This document shows, in pieces, positions 59,447 through 64,000 of a stretch of 64,000 nucleotides of DNA. The notes beneath the pieces are model-generated. The model had not been told where the DNA came from and did not search any database. It saw nothing but the letters and a program-made list of their open reading frames with translations. This DNA comes from Klebsormidium nitens (lineage: Eukaryota > Plantae > Klebsormidiophyceae): assembly GCA_000708835.1 (NCBI GenBank), contig DF237042.1:1-64000 (forward strand), in the 5' to 3' direction. The position numbers were made by a program, and so were the translations under genes. How positions within the stretch are numbered: position 1 is the stretch's first letter; each line of letters starts with the position of its first letter.

Positions 59447-59680
59447 CATGCACTTTGCAGCCTTCGGGTCTCACATCGACTCTAGCCTTCTGCAAAGCGA
59501 ATTGCGGACTTGGCTCTAGGCTGGCGCTTGCCGACTGTGCAGAGGCAGTTCCAGTGCCGAAGCATGGCTTGCTACGCGTGACATCTGTCACTTCGCGAGT
59601 GCCCTCCGCATGCCAAGTGGCAAATTGCTTTTGATTGGTTCGATCGCCAATATTTGACGTCAAAATGTAACAGATGTCAC
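59447..59680. promoter_or_regulatory. Shared promoter of the divergent LEA pair with stress-type cis motifs
   Basis: CATGCA (RY) 59447-59452, GCCGAC (DRE/CRT) 59530-59535, ACGCGTG (CE3-like) 59574-59580 and TGACGTCA (bZIP C-box) 59655-59662. Short motifs, so function is inferred from context. Confidence 0.4.
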
Positions 59681-59977
59681 CTGCAAAATGAGTGAGAGAT
59701 CTGCACGAATGAGGCATTGCCACCTGGATGGCCGTGGACATCGAGAAAACAGCCCCAGCGGCTGGCCATGATCGAGCAATGCCAATACCGGTATAGCGAA
59801 CTCCAGGGAGTGCTTCTCTTCTGCGCTTCTCTGGAGTCCTGCACTACATGAACACCTACCACGCATTCTCGTATTCACAATTCAATAGCAACAAGGTTTA
59901 CAGCAGCTTCCAATCTTCCGCAGCTCCTTCGCCCACTTCAGATTATCTCAGCAAGCCTTCAAAAACTAAGCTTAGTC

Positions 59978-62112
59978 ATGGCCACCCAGTCTGACGCCCG
60001 CTTGAAAGGACAGGAAGCAGGTCAGCAGGTGAATTCTGCTCTTGACACTGCTGCGGTGAAGCTGCAGCATGGAAAAGAGCACACAGAGGATGCATTCAAG
60101 CAAGGGCAGGTAGGAAAACAATGTTGCTCCTACCACCACGCATTAGAATAGGGGCGGAAATTGAAAGGACAACTCTCTCATTGCATATGTATGACCTGCA
60201 TACAGTGCAATGCGGCACCTCTTCTCATTTGGCGGAAGTGGTAAAGTGAATTGTGGACTTCTTCAATACACAGGACCTGTGTACAAAAAGTATGATTTCT
60301 TTCATCTTCACCTCCACGACTATACTGAATGTCTTTCTAAGTCTGAAGTACCTTTAGGCAATGCCTTACATTTTAGGAAGGGCAACAATGTGTTACGTTG
60401 TGTTGCTACTCTTAAAATTTGTTCGCTCACTTTCGCTTGGAGCTTGCCAAAGTTGCAGCTCATTATTCAATCCTATCCTGCTGGATTTTGAGATTGTCTC
60501 TTCAGTATGGCAGATAGCACTGATATTTTCATGTTAGAAGGCTTTTCTCCTACCGACAGCTTTTGACTTGCACTGGACGATCTTTGACGGCCAGAGGAAT
60601 TTTAAGTGTTCTGAGAACGTACTTCTTTGATGGTGACTCAAAGACAACAGTGAAAGCTGCAGAGTGTCAGTTTTAGAGGGCCGGACTGTCTGTCAAAAGA
60701 TGGCATATCCCTGATCCGCTGATCATCTATTCAGAAGTTCCAAATTGGAGGCTTTTGAAAACCCTAATCTCAGCTCAAATCGCTTCTGCTGCAGGATTAT
60801 GCTGGAGATGTGGCAAACACGGCACACCAAAAGGGTGCTGAGGCTGCCCGTGAGGTTGATGCGGAGGCAAAGACCACTCAGCAGAAGGCCAAGGAAGCGC
60901 TCGGCGCAGCGCAGCAGTATGCCGCAGCAACTGTGGACAGTGTCACCAAGACCGCAGGATCTTATGCTGCCCTGGCCAAGGACAAGCTTCTAGGTGAGAG
61001 AGCCAGCGAGCACAGAAAATACTTGTCCCAATTTATGCCTTTACATTCCAACACTGGTCATTGATTAGCAGTCGTACTCTTTGGTTGACAGACCAGCATG
61101 ATAATGTGCTTGCAGGTATGATGATACTTGCCTTCCATGTGCGACCGGCTTCTGGTTCGATCAAGATAAGACCAGACCGAAGATTTTTACATTCTCACTT
61201 CCCTAGTATTCTTTGCCAACTGAACACCTCCATCCGCATCAAGGCTTCTTGCACAATAAATCGTAAGCGCTTTAAGAGCGGCGCACGTAAATTTGGGACA
61301 GGTTGATCATTAAAAGCCGGAGTTTTCAAATGCTTTGGTCTTGTTTCTAAGGGCAGGACTGAGACCGCTCTTGTTCGTACAAACCGGACTTTTCAGCCGT
61401 ACTTGCTCTTGATCTCTTTTTAAGGACGGTCTCAAACCGGGTTACAATTCATAGTGTTGGCAGCTTACAGACTCCTCAACTCATCTGGAACTCAAAACAA
61501 GTAAACCTGGATTGCAGACAGGGCCATACGCCCTTCGTATACTCACAAAACGCAGCATAGCTCCAGATGAGTTTGAGTCTGTACATTCAGGACTTCGTAA
61601 GAAGTAAGCGTCACTGAGGTGGCCACTTACATCAGATCTAACTTCGCTAAGTTTGTGGACTTGATTGCTGATCTTGATCGATCCTTTGTGATGGTGCAGG
61701 CACTGGCGAGCAGGCCAAGAATACTGCAGAGGGTGTCTCGCATGAGGCAGGAGCACAAGCTCAGGAAGCCGGCCATGCCACCAAGGGTTACCTCCAGAGC
61801 GTCACTGAGACCGTCGGTGGTTATGCGGCAGCAGCCAGAGACACAACAGTCAGCTATGCAACAGCCGCCAAGGACACCACGGTCAACTATGCCGCTGCTG
61901 CCAAGGACACCACGCTCGACTATGCGACCGCAGCTAAGGACACTCTACTGGGAAAGAAGGAGGAGGCAAAGGATAAGGCACACGAGGTGGGGGATGCGGC
62001 GCAAGCGAAGGGGGAGCAAGTGAACCAGGAAGCCAAGGGGGCCGCCAAGAGCGCGGGTGATTATGCGCAAGGAATGAAGGAGACCGTGGTGGGGCCGAAG
62101 ACCACTTACTAG
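59978..62112 (+). CDS. Late embryogenesis abundant (group 3-like) protein, 3 exons, ~247 aa
   Basis: Exons 59978-60109, 60795-60993 and 61700-62112 are phase-consistent: MATQSDARLKGQEAGQQ...DYAGDVANTAHQKGAEAAREV...GTGEQAKNTAEG...ETVVGPKTTY*. The coding frame of the last exon is absent from the supplied ORF track. Confidence 0.85.
61822..61953 (+). repeat. Four 33-bp coding repeats (11-mer YA.AAKDTT.. units) in LEA gene 2
   Basis: Units start at 61822, 61855, 61888 and 61921: YAAAARDTTVS, YATAAKDTTVN, YAAAAKDTTLD, YATAAKDTLLG. Confidence 0.9.
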
Positions 62113-62132
62113 GTACAGCAGATTCGCTTTCT

Positions 62133-62165
62133 GCATCTAGCTGTGTAGCATCTAGCTGTGTAGCA
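62133..62165. repeat. 15-bp tandem duplication just after the LEA gene 2 stop
   Basis: gcatctagctgtgta x2. Confidence 0.8.
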
Positions 62166-63402
62166 AGGCCGAAGGATGATAGGGAACTTATGCTTACACG
62201 CTGCTGCTTGAGGTTCCATGCAGGAAGCTCAGAGACGATAACGCAATACTTGTGTATATCCATGATGTGTGGAACGTAAACTGAGGTAAATTGTGGGAAT
62301 ACTGACATTGTTAAGAAAGTCTTAATCTGAAAGTCTAGGTTGTTCAGTGGTGCCGAACAGTCTGATTGTGGAAAAACAGGCAATTTCTTGCTTAATGATT
62401 CTGTTAACAAATGTGGGAGTCAATGCAAGGTTGAGATCTAAGTTGGGGGCTTAGCCTGTACGTAAAGTAGACTCACTGGACTATAGCGATATTGCAGCTT
62501 GCCTTCTGCGAGACACAAAGCGACTTGATTCACAGAAGCTATGCTAGCTTTATTGACAACCGTCCTCGACGAAAAGCCTAACAATCGCTCCTTCCTGAAT
62601 TTTTCTGCATATTCCACAATCACATGAATGGTCTGTATATCAGACCACGATGACTCTCTATCATGAAACCAAGCTTCGGAATATGTGAAGCTGCCATATC
62701 CTAAACTTCCCTAAACAATCGAATCAAAAGGATCCATCAATACCTGAGAATTTATGGCAATCATTCACAAACACGAGCGGGGCTAGCCGCTCCATCTTTC
62801 TCCGCATTATTATGTCCATGCGGCAAGTTCCTCAATCGTCAACATGTCAATACTATTAGTCATCAGATTGCATAAGAAAAATGCATCAGCTGGCCGCCCA
62901 TCATGCATGCCATAAACCGCTTCAGTGATATGATCAAAAGAAACCGTCGAAAGTTATGCTGGTCATGTGGGGATTTGAGCACATTATTCCAATCAAGCGT
63001 TCGAACGTCTTTTCACCGTATCGGATGTGCGCCGCACGGTCGAACGTCCTTCACATGGATCAACTGATCGATCCGAGTTCCTTGACATCCAATAATGCTT
63101 GAAGTAGAAATTAAAATGTGTCCCAGCGCGGCTACAAACGTGACCGTTAGTCACATGTTTCGACGCAATTGCGTGATTGCATTTGCAATGCGTGATCGAC
63201 TTCGAAGCTCCAGTGCCCGATGCAAGACCGCTTCTCCATCTGACCGCGTCAGTACTTCGGTTACTTACAAGTACATAAACTACATCAAGTCCTTCTATAT
63301 AGAGAACTGCATGACGTCGCGCCCCTCTATGTACCTCACGTGCAAAGAAACCAAAGCTTGTACCGTCAGGCACGCTCTCTATAATGTATACTGCACCATA
63401 AG

Positions 63403-64000
63403 TTAGAAACGAGAGCCCGGCTGCTTCAGGAAGTCAAGTTCTTCCGAAGTACTTTTCCGCCCCAATATTTGATTCCGGTGCGGAAACCTGCCAAATCGGA
63501 GAATGACTTCTCTGTGCTTCACAGCAAACTCATGGAACCCGTCACAGAGCTCGGCAACGTCGGCGGGAGCTGCCGACTTCAGGTCCACGAAAAGCTGGCA
63601 GGCGCGGTCTTGATCCTCCAAGTCTGACGAGAAACGAAGAGGCGTGTTTAACGAAATAAGTTGGTGGTACCGCCATCAAAAAGAGCGACAAATCTAGCAG
63701 AAGGACAGTGGCTGTCTGAGAGCCTGCGAGCTGGCAAGACATGAAGAAAGTGGACTTCTTTTTGGGACACGAGACACGACGAGTGCACTCCAAAGGGCAC
63801 AGGCAACTGGACCCGGATTCTACCAAAGTAGGCATCAGATCATGGGTTCAAAATGCATGACAAAAGAAAAGCATGTCCGCACGTCAGACCCTCTTGCCCA
63901 CAAAGAGAGCGCAGCCGGAGGTGTTGCATGGTAGATTCGACAAAGTGCCACCCCACCTTCCGAGTGCTCGAAGGGCATGTAGAAGAACGAGCGCTCCAGG
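63403..64000 (-). CDS. DUF924-family protein, last two exons (gene runs off the window)
   Basis: Exon 64000-63957 LERSFFYMPFEHSE joins in phase to 63623-63403 DLEDQ...FAVKHREVILRFGRFPHRNQILGRKSTSEELDFL. These are the signature DUF924 motifs. Confidence 0.88.

Overview
Eukaryotic nuclear DNA with GC-rich exons, many GT-AG introns and a 20-N scaffold gap. The gene set (PsbS, two group-3-like LEA genes, the flagellar gene IFT52) and the intron style point to a flagellate-producing green alga, most likely a Klebsormidium-like charophyte (inference). Genes in order: small membrane protein (-), unknown disordered protein (+), mitochondrial-type ribosomal protein L11 (-), RNA polymerase I largest subunit (+, ~20 exons), IFT52 (-), bacterial-type alanine racemase (-), PsbS (-), alanyl-tRNA synthetase (-), TMCO4/DUF726 hydrolase-fold protein (+), a divergent pair of LEA genes, and the 3' end of a DUF924 gene (-). 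The outstanding anomaly is the alanine racemase. It has ~1.1 kb of uninterrupted bacterial-like coding sequence among heavily intronated genes. It carries a single +1 frameshift, and a candidate host-type 5' exon lies upstream. It is a plausible horizontal transfer, relevant to the D-Ala supply for streptophyte plastid peptidoglycan. Smaller observations: two GC-AG introns, a 44-bp exon fragment duplicated into the preceding intron with only CpG transitions, symmetric elements in the shared LEA promoter, a near-perfect hairpin between AlaRS and TMCO4, palindrome-dense intergenic blocks, and an AT-rich repeat island at the gap. All gene models were read by eye; no database search was run.
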